DNA of 64,000 bases from Terriglobia bacterium (GCA_963742495.1 CAVULZ010000006.1:93428-157427), one strand, 5' to 3'. Shown: positions 28,295 through 37,188, numbered from the stretch's first letter. Program-made: numbers and translations. The notes: generated by a model from the letters alone, not told the origin.

Positions 28295-29791
28295 ATGAGC
28301 ACCAAGCTGGATACTTTGAAGAACCGGACGGCGCCGATCGAAATGGCCCCGGACGACTTTCGTGCCCTCGGTCATCAACTCGTCGATTCGCTGGCCGACT
28401 GGCTGGCGGCGATGCCGCAGGGACAGGTGACGCGAGGCGAGTCGGTTGCAGAAATCAGGCGCGCCCTCAAGAGCGAGCGCGGGCTTCCCGACAATGGCGA
28501 GGGAGCGGCGCAAGTGCTCAGAGAAGCTTCGAGCCTGCTGTTCGAGCATTCGCTGTTCAACGGCCATCCCCGCTTCTTTGGTTACATCACGTCGAGTCCG
28601 GCCCCGCTCGGAGCGCTTGGCGATTTTCTCGCGTCCATGATCAACCAGAATGTGGGCGCATTCCGGCTCTCTCCGCTGGCCACCGAAATCGAAGCGCAGA
28701 CCGTGCGGTGGATTGCTGAGCTCATCGGATATCCCGCCGGCTGCGGCGGCCTTCTAGTCAGCGGCGGCAACATGGCAAACTTTGTGTGCTTCCTCGCGGC
28801 CCGGGCGGCGAAGGCCACATGGGACGTGCGAACGAAAGGTCTTGCGGGCCAACCCCAGCTGCTGGCATACGCTTCAACCGAGACCCACACATGGCTTCAG
28901 AAAGCGGCCGACCTGTTTGGATTTGGCTCCGATGCCATTCGCTGGATTCCGGTCGATGCCGGACAACGGATGAAGCCTGACGCACTCGAGGCGCAGGTCG
29001 ATCAGGATCTCGCCCGCGGCGATCTTCCCTTTCTCGTTGTCGGCACCGCCGGTTCGGTCAGCACGGGGGCGGTGGATCCGCTGGCGGAAATCGCGGCCAT
29101 TTGCCGGGCGCGCCAGCTGTGGTTTCATGTCGACGGAGCGTACGGAGCGTTAGCGGCTCAGGCGCCTGGCGCGCCCGAGAGCCTGCGCGCGCTGAATGAA
29201 GCAGACTCGGTGGCGGTCGATCCGCACAAATGGCTCTACGCACCGCTTGAAGCTGGGTGCGTGCTGGTGCGGCGGCCCGATGATCTGCTGCGAGCGTTTT
29301 CTTATCATCCCGCCTACTATCACTTCGATGAAACCGCCATTAATTATTTCGATCAAGGCCCGCAGAATTCGCGGGGATTTCGCGCGCTCAAAGTGTGGCT
29401 GGCGCTGCGGCAGGTCGGTCGGAGCGGCGCCATCGGCATGATCGCCGACGACATGCGGTTGGCGCAGCATCTGGACGCGCTTCTCCGCCGGCACCCTGAG
29501 TTCGAGGCGTTCACGCAGCAGTTGAGCATCACGACGTTTCGCTATGTACCGCCGGAACTGAAGCCGCAGATTGGTTCGTCGACCGGTGAGAAGCGCATCG
29601 ATGAAATCAATCAGGCGCTGCTCACGCACCTGGAGAAAAGCGGTGAAGCGTTTCTGTCCAATGCCGTCGTCAACGGAAAATTCGCGCTGCGAGCCTGCGT
29701 CGTGAACTTCCGCACTTCGCTTGCCGACATCGAAGCGCTGCCGCCGTTGCTCTCCCGCCTCGGCAAAGATGTTTGCCGGAGTCTCTCGTAG
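28295..29791 (+). CDS. PLP-dependent group II (aromatic-L-amino-acid/glutamate-type) decarboxylase
   Basis: Trimmed to ATG 28295. The PLP-lysine motif is SVAVDPHKWLYAPLEAGCVL. Also present are HPRFFGYITSSPAP and GGNMANF. Confidence 0.9.
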   Translation: MSTKLDTLKNRTAPIEMAPDDFRALGHQLVDSLADWLAAMPQGQVTRGESVAEIRRALKSERGLPDNGEGAAQVLREASSLLFEHSLFNGHPRFFGYITSSPAPLGALGDFLASMINQNVGAFRLSPLATEIEAQTVRWIAELIGYPAGCGGLLVSGGNMANFVCFLAARAAKATWDVRTKGLAGQPQLLAYASTETHTWLQKAADLFGFGSDAIRWIPVDAGQRMKPDALEAQVDQDLARGDLPFLVVGTAGSVSTGAVDPLAEIAAICRARQLWFHVDGAYGALAAQAPGAPESLRALNEADSVAVDPHKWLYAPLEAGCVLVRRPDDLLRAFSYHPAYYHFDETAINYFDQGPQNSRGFRALKVWLALRQVGRSGAIGMIADDMRLAQHLDALLRRHPEFEAFTQQLSITTFRYVPPELKPQIGSSTGEKRIDEINQALLTHLEKSGEAFLSNAVVNGKFALRACVVNFRTSLADIEALPPLLSRLGKDVCRSLS

Positions 29792-29941
29792 CGCACGGGT
29801 CCAGGCCGGCTGAGCGCGCCTGGGCCGAGTCTCACTTATCGGCCGTGGAAAGAGCGACTTGCCGATATTGCCCTGTATCAGCGCAAGAATGTGAGCAAGA
29901 TGTGCAGGCTTTTGCCGACCCAGCCCTGGTAAGAGGCTTAA

Positions 29942-30151
29942 TATTCGCGGGTTGATGTCCAAAATCTTGTATTTGCCATCGCGAGCGTCATAGCGATAGC
30001 CCATATCGAGAATGCCTCTGTATCCGACTGCCGCCATAAAGGCGCGCGTGATTTTGTCGACTTCTTCATTGCGCAAACAGATGCCCAGGCTGGTGCTGCC
30101 GGTGTAGATGGGGGATTGCCGGATTTTCTTGCCGGTAAAGCCCAGGAGACG
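29942..30151 (-). pseudogene. remnant of a COG3919-type ATP-grasp enzyme gene (about 70 codons)
   Basis: Own translation gives FTGKKIRQSPIYTGSTSLGICLRNEEVDKITRAFMAAVGYRGILDMGYRYDARDGKYKILDINPRI. It is bounded upstream by an in-frame TAA (30152-30154). Downstream the frame runs antisense into the decarboxylase gene and loses family-like sequence. Confidence 0.5.
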
Positions 30152-30298
30152 TTATCTGCGCGATGGCAACTTGTCCCTGAGCCAGTGGTGGACCTCGTTC
30201 CGGGGAGTGGAGGAATTGGCTTACCTGGCGGGGGATGATCTTCTCCCGTTATTGCCGCTGTTTGTCACACGATCCGCGGAACAAATTCGGAAGGTCTT

Positions 30299-31225
30299 CT
30301 AAAGTGGTCCCCGCTTCCGGCGCAGCCGCACCGCTGCTGCCAGGCATGCCGCGGCGATTGCCAACCCGATCCACAGGCCCGGGCTGGCCAGGAATTGGCC
30401 CGGAGTGGCCGAGGTCAACGATGCCCTCGACATGGAGTTCCCGCTGGACGCGCCGCCTTCCGGGCCGCCGAGGAAGCGGTGCCCGAGCAGGGCGGCAAAA
30501 TGCGAGGTATTGAACGCGATCTTCTCGAGGATGCCGATTGCGAGCAGCGGCAAAGTTGCCCACAGGAAGGCCGCGCGCCGCGCCCAGGCCGAGACCAGCA
30601 GCAGCCAGCCCCAGAACGGCGCGTACCAAAGCGAATGCACCGCCAGCAGGTGGTAAAGGAGCAACGCCCACATCTGGAACAACGACACGTGCGTCCATAG
30701 CGTCGCACTCTGACCGCTTCCCAACAACCGGGCGCTGCCCAGGAGCAGCATGATCCCTTGCGTGACCACGGTGACCGCGAAGGTCACCAGCGGGAGCACG
30801 ACGAACGGAATACTCGCCTTCGCGAGCACGGTGGTGAGATCGGAGACCGGCAGCGACTTCCAGAACAGGATGCTGCGGTCGCGACGCTCGCGCTGCAGGG
30901 CCTCGACACAATAGAAAAGACCGATGAGGAAGGTGGAAAACATGAGCAGCATCGCCGCGAAGGTGTAGGGCTGCTCGATGAGTTCCTGCCGCTGCATGGG
31001 GTCGAGCGCCGGGTCACTCAGCTTGGATGGCAGGTGGATCATGCCGATCAACGATGCCACCAGAATCAGCGCTGCCACCGCTAGAGGCGCCAGATAGAGC
31101 GAGCGGTTCTCCCACAATTCGCGCCGCACCGACCAGTACATGCATCGAGGCGCCGAGATGACCGCGGGCGCGATGACCCGCGATTCGAGGGAAGACTCGG
31201 GCACGGCGTTCGATTGCGTATTCAT
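30299..31225 (-). CDS. ABC-2-type transporter permease (polytopic membrane protein)
   Basis: About 6 hydrophobic helices are present. The start overlaps the stop of the ABC ATPase gene (31222-31225), which implies an operon. Confidence 0.7.
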   Translation of the reverse strand: MNTQSNAVPESSLESRVIAPAVISAPRCMYWSVRRELWENRSLYLAPLAVAALILVASLIGMIHLPSKLSDPALDPMQRQELIEQPYTFAAMLLMFSTFLIGLFYCVEALQRERRDRSILFWKSLPVSDLTTVLAKASIPFVVLPLVTFAVTVVTQGIMLLLGSARLLGSGQSATLWTHVSLFQMWALLLYHLLAVHSLWYAPFWGWLLLVSAWARRAAFLWATLPLLAIGILEKIAFNTSHFAALLGHRFLGGPEGGASSGNSMSRASLTSATPGQFLASPGLWIGLAIAAACLAAAVRLRRKRGPL

Positions 31226-32097
31226 TGAGAAGCTCCGTCTGCCTGGCCAGTTTGATGGCTCATTACGGCAACGAACAGGTCGGCGATGCTGGGCGTGCGC
31301 GCTTCACCAAGCGCGGCCAGTTGCCGGCGGTCAGCGCGATCGAACAGCAGGATGCTGCGTCCGAACACCAGGCGCTCCCGGATCGGCTTGAACGCCCGCG
31401 CCGCGGCCACCTGTTCGGGACTCACCGTCACCTCCAGGAAGCGCGACTCGAATTCTTCCATGCTGCAATTGAGCACGATGCGACCGCGGTGGATGAACAT
31501 CAGATCGGTGAGGACGTGCTGGACGTCTTCCACCTGGTGGGTCGTCAGGACGATGGTGCGGCCGCCATCGAAGTAGTCATTCAGCAGGGAATCGTAGAAC
31601 TGCTTGCGATACAGAAGGTCGAGGCCGAGCGTGGGCTCGTCCAGCACCAGCAATTTCGCATCAATAGCCATGACCAGGGCGAGGTGCAGCTGGGTCACCA
31701 TGCCCTTCGATAATTCCCTGACCTTGCTGGCGCGGCGGATGTCCGTCTTCGCGAGAAAACCCTCTGCCTTCGTCCTGTCGAAGCGCGGGTGCACCCCGGC
31801 CACGTAGTCGAGCGCTTGCGAAACTCGCATCCAGCGCGGCAGCACGGCAACATCGGCAATGAAGCAGACGTCGCGCATGAGGCGATCGCGCTCGCTCCAG
31901 GGGTCGCGTCCGAGCACCTTCAGCTCCCCCTGAAATGGAGTGAGGCCGACAATCGCGTTGAGCGCGGTGGTCTTGCCCGCGCCGTTCGGACCGATCAGTC
32001 CCAGGATGCGGCCCGGCTCGACCCGTAGATCGACGCTGTCCAGCGCGACCGTTGCGCCGTAGGCCTTGCGCAGACCGCGGGCTTCTATACATGCCAT
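31222..32097 (-). CDS. ABC transporter ATP-binding protein
   Basis: Walker A is GPNGAGKTT, the signature is LSKGMVTQ and Walker B is LLVLDEPTLGLD. Confidence 0.9.
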   Translation of the reverse strand: MACIEARGLRKAYGATVALDSVDLRVEPGRILGLIGPNGAGKTTALNAIVGLTPFQGELKVLGRDPWSERDRLMRDVCFIADVAVLPRWMRVSQALDYVAGVHPRFDRTKAEGFLAKTDIRRASKVRELSKGMVTQLHLALVMAIDAKLLVLDEPTLGLDLLYRKQFYDSLLNDYFDGGRTIVLTTHQVEDVQHVLTDLMFIHRGRIVLNCSMEEFESRFLEVTVSPEQVAAARAFKPIRERLVFGRSILLFDRADRRQLAALGEARTPSIADLFVAVMSHQTGQADGASQ

Positions 32098-32101
32098 GGC
32101 T

Positions 32102-32515
32102 TCAGCCCTCCTCCTCCGGGGAATCCGGCTTCGCGGGCTTCGGGCGCGCGGCCGGGGGCGACGGCCGCGAGCCGTTCAGCAGCTCTTCCTTATTCAGGCC
32201 GAGCCGCTGGATGGTGGCCTGGATCCTCGGCCACTCCTCGCCGAGGAATTTCTGCCGCTCGCCCTGCAGCAAAAGGCTGCGCGCGCCGGCATTGATGAAC
32301 ATGCCGCGGCCGCGTCGCGTCTCGACCAGCCCCTCGTCCACCAGTTGCTGATATCCCTTCAGGACCGTCAGCGGATTCACCCGGTACTCAGCCGCGACGT
32401 TGCGTACGGACGGCAGCGGATCGCCTTCCTTGAGCACTCCGTCCAGGATCATCGCGACCACACGGTCGCGCAGCTGGCGGTAAATCGGCTGATTGTCGTT
32501 CCACTCACGGTCCAT
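32102..32515 (-). CDS. GntR-family transcriptional regulator, YtrA-like short subfamily
   Basis: The wHTH reads PIYRQLRDRVVAMILDGVLKEGDPLPSVRNVAAEYRVNPLTVLKGYQQLVDEGLVETRRGRGMFI. A short C-terminus and a downstream ABC ATPase plus permease are typical of YtrA-type operons. Confidence 0.9.
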   Translation of the reverse strand: MDREWNDNQPIYRQLRDRVVAMILDGVLKEGDPLPSVRNVAAEYRVNPLTVLKGYQQLVDEGLVETRRGRGMFINAGARSLLLQGERQKFLGEEWPRIQATIQRLGLNKEELLNGSRPSPPAARPKPAKPDSPEEEG

Positions 32516-32554
32516 CGGTTTTCCACGTAGACCTTAGCAGAAATACCGCGCGCT

Positions 32555-33121
32555 TTAGTTGGTCCGATGCAGGTCGAAGTGCGCGTGGATCGGCTTGTCC
32601 TTCATCATGAACGTCCAATCCTCGGTGTGATGGTTGGCGTCGACGAGGGTGAACACCGAATGGTGCATGTGATACTCCGTGCTCCCGCTAATGTCCTTGA
32701 ACTCGAAATCGATGGTCTTGCCGTCGGGCGACATCGTGCCGGTCATGCGCGGCCGGTTGCCCGCGTCGCAATAGTGGACCAGCGTGAGCTGGTCTCCGTC
32801 CACGTAAAGCATGGTGACCGGATGATCGTACTTGGTCGCATCCAACGGCGTTCCAGCTTCCTGAAGCTCGTGCACCAGCGCGTTCCCCCGCGAGGTCACG
32901 CGCAGCGAGACGTGGAGCGGTTTGCCGCCTGACATCTGCGGCATCTCCGGGACGGTGACCGGGCCTTCCCAATCTCCCGCCAGGCTTTTCATGGTTGCGA
33001 AAGACTTCTGCGCCTCGGACGGCGCAGCAGCCACGGAGGACTTCTGTGCATCGGACTGCGCGAAAACCACGGTGGACAGCGACATCAGAACCAGAGACAG
33101 CATAAAAAGAAGGGATTTCAT
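32555..33121 (-). CDS. secreted hypothetical protein (DUF1579-like?), first gene of the GntR-ABC operon
   Basis: A signal peptide is present (MKSLLFMLSLVLMSLSTVVFAQS). The mature part reads LAGDWEGPVTV...TMLYVDGDQLTLVHYCDAGNRPRMTG. The family assignment is tentative. Confidence 0.6.
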   Translation of the reverse strand: MKSLLFMLSLVLMSLSTVVFAQSDAQKSSVAAAPSEAQKSFATMKSLAGDWEGPVTVPEMPQMSGGKPLHVSLRVTSRGNALVHELQEAGTPLDATKYDHPVTMLYVDGDQLTLVHYCDAGNRPRMTGTMSPDGKTIDFEFKDISGSTEYHMHHSVFTLVDANHHTEDWTFMMKDKPIHAHFDLHRTN

Positions 33122-33208
33122 GTTTCATTCTCCTCAAGAAGTTCATTTGTTCTTTGCTCTCGGACGGAGGCGGCTCACTCGATTCGGACCAGCTCAAACG
33201 AATATTAC

Positions 33209-33232
33209 AGTGTTATAGTTAACTATAACACT
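33209..33232. promoter_or_regulatory. perfect 24-bp palindrome, candidate operator of the YtrA-like GntR operon
   Basis: AGTGTTATAGTTAACTATAACACT lies 88-111 bp upstream of the first operon gene (start 33121) in an AT-rich spacer. Confidence 0.45.
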
Positions 33233-33473
33233 AATCCACAAGTCAAGGGATTTCTTGTTTTTTTCTGCGACCGCCGCCGCCATCCGCATGAGGAGAAATG
33301 CTCATGGCCACGGCATAGACCCCTTTTGCGAAATGAAGCCAACAACTTCTTTGGATTCAGTGCTCCGCCTCATGTGCGAGGTCAGGAAGAGAGCCGGCAA
33401 AACACATGCCAGCCGAGACAGCAAGGGAACAGCCGGGGATGGATGGCGAGAGGGCCCCTGGCAAGTCAGGTCA

Positions 33474-34010
33474 TCATGGAAGCAAGGAAGCACACCACGG
33501 AGCTCCATTCGTTATCCCGGACGGGAGCTGCGCTGAACCATTTTCAAGCATCCGGACGTGGATGATGACCTGGCTGTCCTTGTCCCGCGGGTGGGTCTGG
33601 AATTTCACCCCCATCCAGCCGTGGCACTCGTTGGTGCCGTGATAATTGCGCGCCGCTACGGTGTCGGCGAAGGCGAAGAAGGCGGTGCTGCTGCCGCGCG
33701 ATGACTGCAGGCGCTCCAGATTCAGCCGGTGCTCGTAATCGAGCATGCTCTGCAGCCGCTCGCGGGAGACATAACGCTTGCAGCGGCCGTAGATTGCATC
33801 GCTGACCGCCATGTCATAGGCTGACATCGATTTGGAAATTGTGCCGGCGGCCGCCCCCACCTTGAAGAACCAGCGCGCTACTTCCTGTCCCGCTCCGATT
33901 TCAGCGAAGGTGCCGTAACGAATCGGATCGAGATTTATCTTCAGCGCCTTCTGGTTCGTGGTCAGCTTCGGTCGTTCATCGGTAAACGGAGTGTCATGTC
34001 TGTTCATCAT
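33474..34010 (-). CDS. conserved hypothetical protein, possibly 3'-truncated
   Basis: The N-terminal 150 aa look protein-like (KINLDPIRYGTFAEIGAGQEVARWFFKVGAAAGTISKSMSAYDMAVSDAIYG). The last ~25 aa are low-complexity and are followed by a 350-bp non-coding gap. Confidence 0.45.
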   Translation of the reverse strand: MMNRHDTPFTDERPKLTTNQKALKINLDPIRYGTFAEIGAGQEVARWFFKVGAAAGTISKSMSAYDMAVSDAIYGRCKRYVSRERLQSMLDYEHRLNLERLQSSRGSSTAFFAFADTVAARNYHGTNECHGWMGVKFQTHPRDKDSQVIIHVRMLENGSAQLPSGITNGAPWCASLLP

Positions 34011-34046
34011 CAGCGGACCATTTCAGCTGACCTGGGGTTGCCTGGC

Positions 34047-34817
34047 TCAGAACCGGTACATCATGGTGAAATCCAGAAACGGCGCCACCGACCGGTGGCT
34101 CTTTTGCATCGCGGTCAGCCCGGGATCGGTGGAAGTCACCGTCTCGTGAGAGCTGTATATCCCGATAGTTTCACGCCAGAACAAGTGTCCGGACGCGGCC
34201 GGCGAAGGAAGATAGAAGCTGATCATCGGACCCTGCAAATCGTTCGTGCATTGTCCGTTGGGAACAGAGCACCCCTGGGCATTGACGTGTTCGGCGCCCT
34301 TTAACTTGTAGTCGACCTGCAAACGAAAGGACCACTGGCTCACGCAGTCTTCTCCGGCGCACTCTTTATGGAAATAATCCTTTCCTCCGCCGACCGAAGG
34401 GTGGAAGTCCTGTTTCGTATAGTTGGTGGTCGACAGCTCGCTCCAGCTGGCGCCGCCTCCCACGAACCAGGTATTGGTAAAGCGGTAGTAGATCGAAGAA
34501 TCCAGGTATCGTTCATGCCCATTTTCATTGTTGAGGGTGTTGTCGTTCGACTTGCGCGAGTTGTCATAGGCAGCGCTCGCGCTCCAGATCAGGTGCGTCT
34601 TGTCGATGCTTAACCCGGCCCCCACTTTGCCCGCCAGCGGAGCGTAGCCTCCGCCGTTCAGTCCCAGTCCGCCATAGATGAATGGTCGTGGCCAAACCAT
34701 GTGCGGAAGCGAAGGACCAGTATCGGCGGTCGAGGTGGGCAAAACCTGGTTCTGCGCGAGCGCTGGTGCGCTCGCGATGCTCAACAGAGCAAGTAAGATT
34801 ACCGATGTGGTGCGCAT
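34047..34817 (-). CDS. putative outer-membrane beta-barrel protein
   Basis: Trimmed to ATG 34817 (GGAGG upstream). The signal peptide is MRTTSVILLALLSIASAPALAQ. The protein has alternating beta-strand-like composition and a C-terminal ...MMYRF. Confidence 0.55.
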   Translation of the reverse strand: MRTTSVILLALLSIASAPALAQNQVLPTSTADTGPSLPHMVWPRPFIYGGLGLNGGGYAPLAGKVGAGLSIDKTHLIWSASAAYDNSRKSNDNTLNNENGHERYLDSSIYYRFTNTWFVGGGASWSELSTTNYTKQDFHPSVGGGKDYFHKECAGEDCVSQWSFRLQVDYKLKGAEHVNAQGCSVPNGQCTNDLQGPMISFYLPSPAASGHLFWRETIGIYSSHETVTSTDPGLTAMQKSHRSVAPFLDFTMMYRF

Positions 34818-35280
34818 GATGGCAGCCTCCAAGTAAGGCCGAAACTCTCTTCGGCTCGAAACTTCAGGTGGCCTTTATCGGTACATCGATTGGGATTCTT
34901 CAATGAATGGATCGGGGGGTGAAACTATCGCTGGCCTCTCTAGGTGTCGCACAAGACAAGCCGAGTTTTCGTCGCGTGTAGAGGGACGGAGAACACGCAG
35001 GTGCCCGGCACGGGCCTCGCGGGTTCCACGGCAGGTTCGCCGAAATATCGGCTACCTCCCCCAGGGAGATGGTGCCGCTCGCCGAAACGTGTCTTAAAAG
35101 CCGGAAATGGCCCTATGGCGGCGAATCTTCCCACGGAACGTGCTCAGGGTCATCCCAATGCTGGGCCGCCATTGTCGTGCGCTCGTGCCAGCGAACCCTA
35201 GCACCTGCCTAGCACCACAGGAAAGTCCCAGATCAAGTCCCGTAGGGATGTGCACCAAATCCATATGTTTATTGAAGATT

Positions 35281-35326
35281 TGGTGAGCGCGGAAGGAATC
35301 GAACCTTCAACCTACTGATTAAGAGT
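35281..35326 (-). repeat. distal att repeat: displaced 3' half of a tRNA-Lys gene (anticodon loop to CCA)
   Basis: tggtgagcgcggaaggaatcgaaccttcaacctactgattaagagt is identical to 56734-56779 at 44/46 positions. The two differences (positions 13 and 27) are base-pairing partners in the T-stem. Confidence 0.85.
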
Positions 35327-35459
35327 AGGCCAGTCTGATCGGTTCTTCCATGCCTTAGCACCATTAAAAGTCAATCACTTACTGACAACCAAGCCCGCAC
35401 GGAAGCGATCTGCTCTGGTAGTGAAAAGAAGCGCTTTAGCGCACATGGGATCGAAGCGC

Positions 35460-35479
35460 ACGGCACACTTATGGCACAC
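35460..35479 (+). promoter_or_regulatory. candidate integrase arm-type sites (left arm)
   Basis: ACGGCACAC tt ATGGCACAC. The same tandem motif, ACGGCACAC ttt ACGGCACAC, occurs at 56669-56689 next to the other att repeat in the same orientation. Confidence 0.45.
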
Positions 35480-35659
35480 CTCGCAGGAGCCAACTCGTGC
35501 GGTCTGGACAACTGATGGGGGTCAGTCGGTCAAAAATCCGGCTCGTTCTGGCTAAACACCAGTTGAGAATGAAGTCTTGCGCACCGCAGCGGGTCACGAC
35601 CTGAGGATGGAGAAAATATTGTCAGTGCAAAATATGCGATCTTATCGTATATTTTGCAT

Positions 35660-36820
35660 ATGTGGATTCCGCGTGCGGTTGAACCCCGCCTGCAGCGCTC
35701 CGCGAAGACGCGGCCCGTGGTCGTGTTGACTGGAGCCAGACAGACCGGCAAAACCTCCACCTTTCTGCGTCTGTTCCCGAAGCATGTGTTTGTCTCCCTC
35801 GATCTTCCCGTCGAAGCCGAGCAAGCCGAAAAGGAACCGGGCACGTTCCTCCAACGTCATCCTCCGCCCGTCCTTATTGATGAGGTCCAATATGCGCCCG
35901 GCTTGTTCCGGCACCTCAAGGCGGCAGTGGATGCCCACCGTACTCGCAACGGACAATTTCTGCTTACTGGTTCGCAGAAGTTCAGCCTCATGAAGAATGT
36001 TTCCGAATCACTCGCAGGCAGGGCAGACATCGTGGAACTGGAAACCCTTTCCTTTGCCGAGATTCAGTCGGCATTGCCCAAAACCCGGATCGAGACAGCC
36101 GTCGTGCGCGGTGGTTTTCCAGAACTGTACGCCAACCCAGACATTGATTCTGTAGCTTTTTATAATTCCTATCTCGCTACGTATCTCGAACGCGATGTGC
36201 GCTCGTTGACTAATGTTGGCAGCCTGCGGGACTTCGAGAGATTTCTACGCGCCTGCGCACTCCGTTCTGCCAACCTGTTGAACAAAGCCGATCTGGCCCG
36301 CGATGTCGGGATTGCACCTTCAACGGCAAATCATTGGCTGTCCATGCTCGAAGCTTCCGGGCAGATCGTATTGCTTGAGCCGTGGTTTTCGAATCGAACC
36401 AAGTCCATCGTCAAGAGCCCAAAACTCTATCTCTCTGACACGGGTCTGCTTTGCGCCCTGCTGAATATTCGGACCGAGGAAGCTCTACGGCAATCACCCG
36501 CCGTAGGCGCAGTTTGGGAGACGTTTGTTTTCGCCCAGCTTCGGGACCGGGAACGCCGCGCAGGGCGCACGGGCAGCCTTTTCTTCTGGCGTGACCGAAC
36601 CCGCGAAGTGGACTTCGTGGTGGATACTGGTGGACGCTTGGAACTGTTTGAAGCGAAGTGGACGGAACTGCCAGATGTCGGCGATACAGTGAATCTCGAC
36701 TTCGTGCGCAACGTGGTGGGGAAATCACGGGTAGCCGCCGGTGCAGTCGTGTGCCGCGCATCGAGCGGCTTTCCGCTTTCGAATGGATTTCGGGCTGTAC
36801 CCCTGACTGAACTCAGATGA
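35660..36820 (+). CDS. AAA-family ATPase with C-terminal DUF4143 domain
   Basis: The P-loop is LTGARQTGKTST and Walker B-like is VLIDEVQYAP. The architecture is typical AAA_14/DUF4143 (...LLNKADLARDVGIAPSTANHWLSMLEASGQIVLLEPW...VDFVV). The ATG at 35660 is preferred over the TTG at 35654. Confidence 0.85.
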   Translation: MWIPRAVEPRLQRSAKTRPVVVLTGARQTGKTSTFLRLFPKHVFVSLDLPVEAEQAEKEPGTFLQRHPPPVLIDEVQYAPGLFRHLKAAVDAHRTRNGQFLLTGSQKFSLMKNVSESLAGRADIVELETLSFAEIQSALPKTRIETAVVRGGFPELYANPDIDSVAFYNSYLATYLERDVRSLTNVGSLRDFERFLRACALRSANLLNKADLARDVGIAPSTANHWLSMLEASGQIVLLEPWFSNRTKSIVKSPKLYLSDTGLLCALLNIRTEEALRQSPAVGAVWETFVFAQLRDRERRAGRTGSLFFWRDRTREVDFVVDTGGRLELFEAKWTELPDVGDTVNLDFVRNVVGKSRVAAGAVVCRASSGFPLSNGFRAVPLTELR

Positions 36821-36847
36821 ACTTACTTGATGGTGCTGTAGGAACAT

Positions 36848-36989
36848 CTGACATTCCCCGGATAAAGGAATGATTAGCTGAGGCCATTCAGGTCTGTGTC
36901 AAGACCGGGCGAAGCCCGCCGCGTAACGCGGCCGCAGAGTCTTGACACGGACCGGGCTTCGGCTACGCTCTCGGTATCCCGGGGATGGC
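36848..36989 (+). repeat. long-hairpin element, copy A (embedded -35/-10-like hexamers plus multi-stem hairpin)
   Basis: CTGACA-17 nt-TGATTA is followed by stem P1 gctgaggc/gcttcggc (36877-84 / 36956-63). Stem P2 is ggtctgtgtcaagac/gtcttgacacggacc (36891-905 / 36939-53). The small hairpins are cgggc-gaa-gcccg and ccgcg-taa-cgcgg. An outer pairing is cattccccggata / tatcccggggatg. It is colinear with copy B at 50016-50170. Confidence 0.6.
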
Positions 36990-37188
36990 GGTTGGGAATA
37001 GAGTTCAAAGGGACACTGATACGAAACAACTTACACGCGCACGGATGACACCTAAGCGACTGTAAGGTACTGCAAGGAACGCACCGAAGTCCCCAATTTA
37101 GTCCCCAGTCCACATTCAGTTCCTGGTTGGTATGAGCTCTCCATTTTCAGGTGGTTTATGTCGTAGTTTGAACGAGCGTTCCTTTTCA

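Noticed and set aside
29150-29941. The bulk of the 308-aa ORF 29150..30076 (-)
   Set aside because: Only its first ~45 codons, plus ~25 codons upstream of the listed start, look like an ATP-grasp protein. The rest is antisense to the well-supported PLP decarboxylase gene and has Arg/Pro-rich junk composition.
33255-33642. Short plus-strand ORFs in the gap between the GntR operon and the 178-aa gene
   Set aside because: They have no RBS and no family resemblance, and they overlap one another. The region is more likely promoter/operator DNA plus the degraded 3' end of the neighbouring gene.
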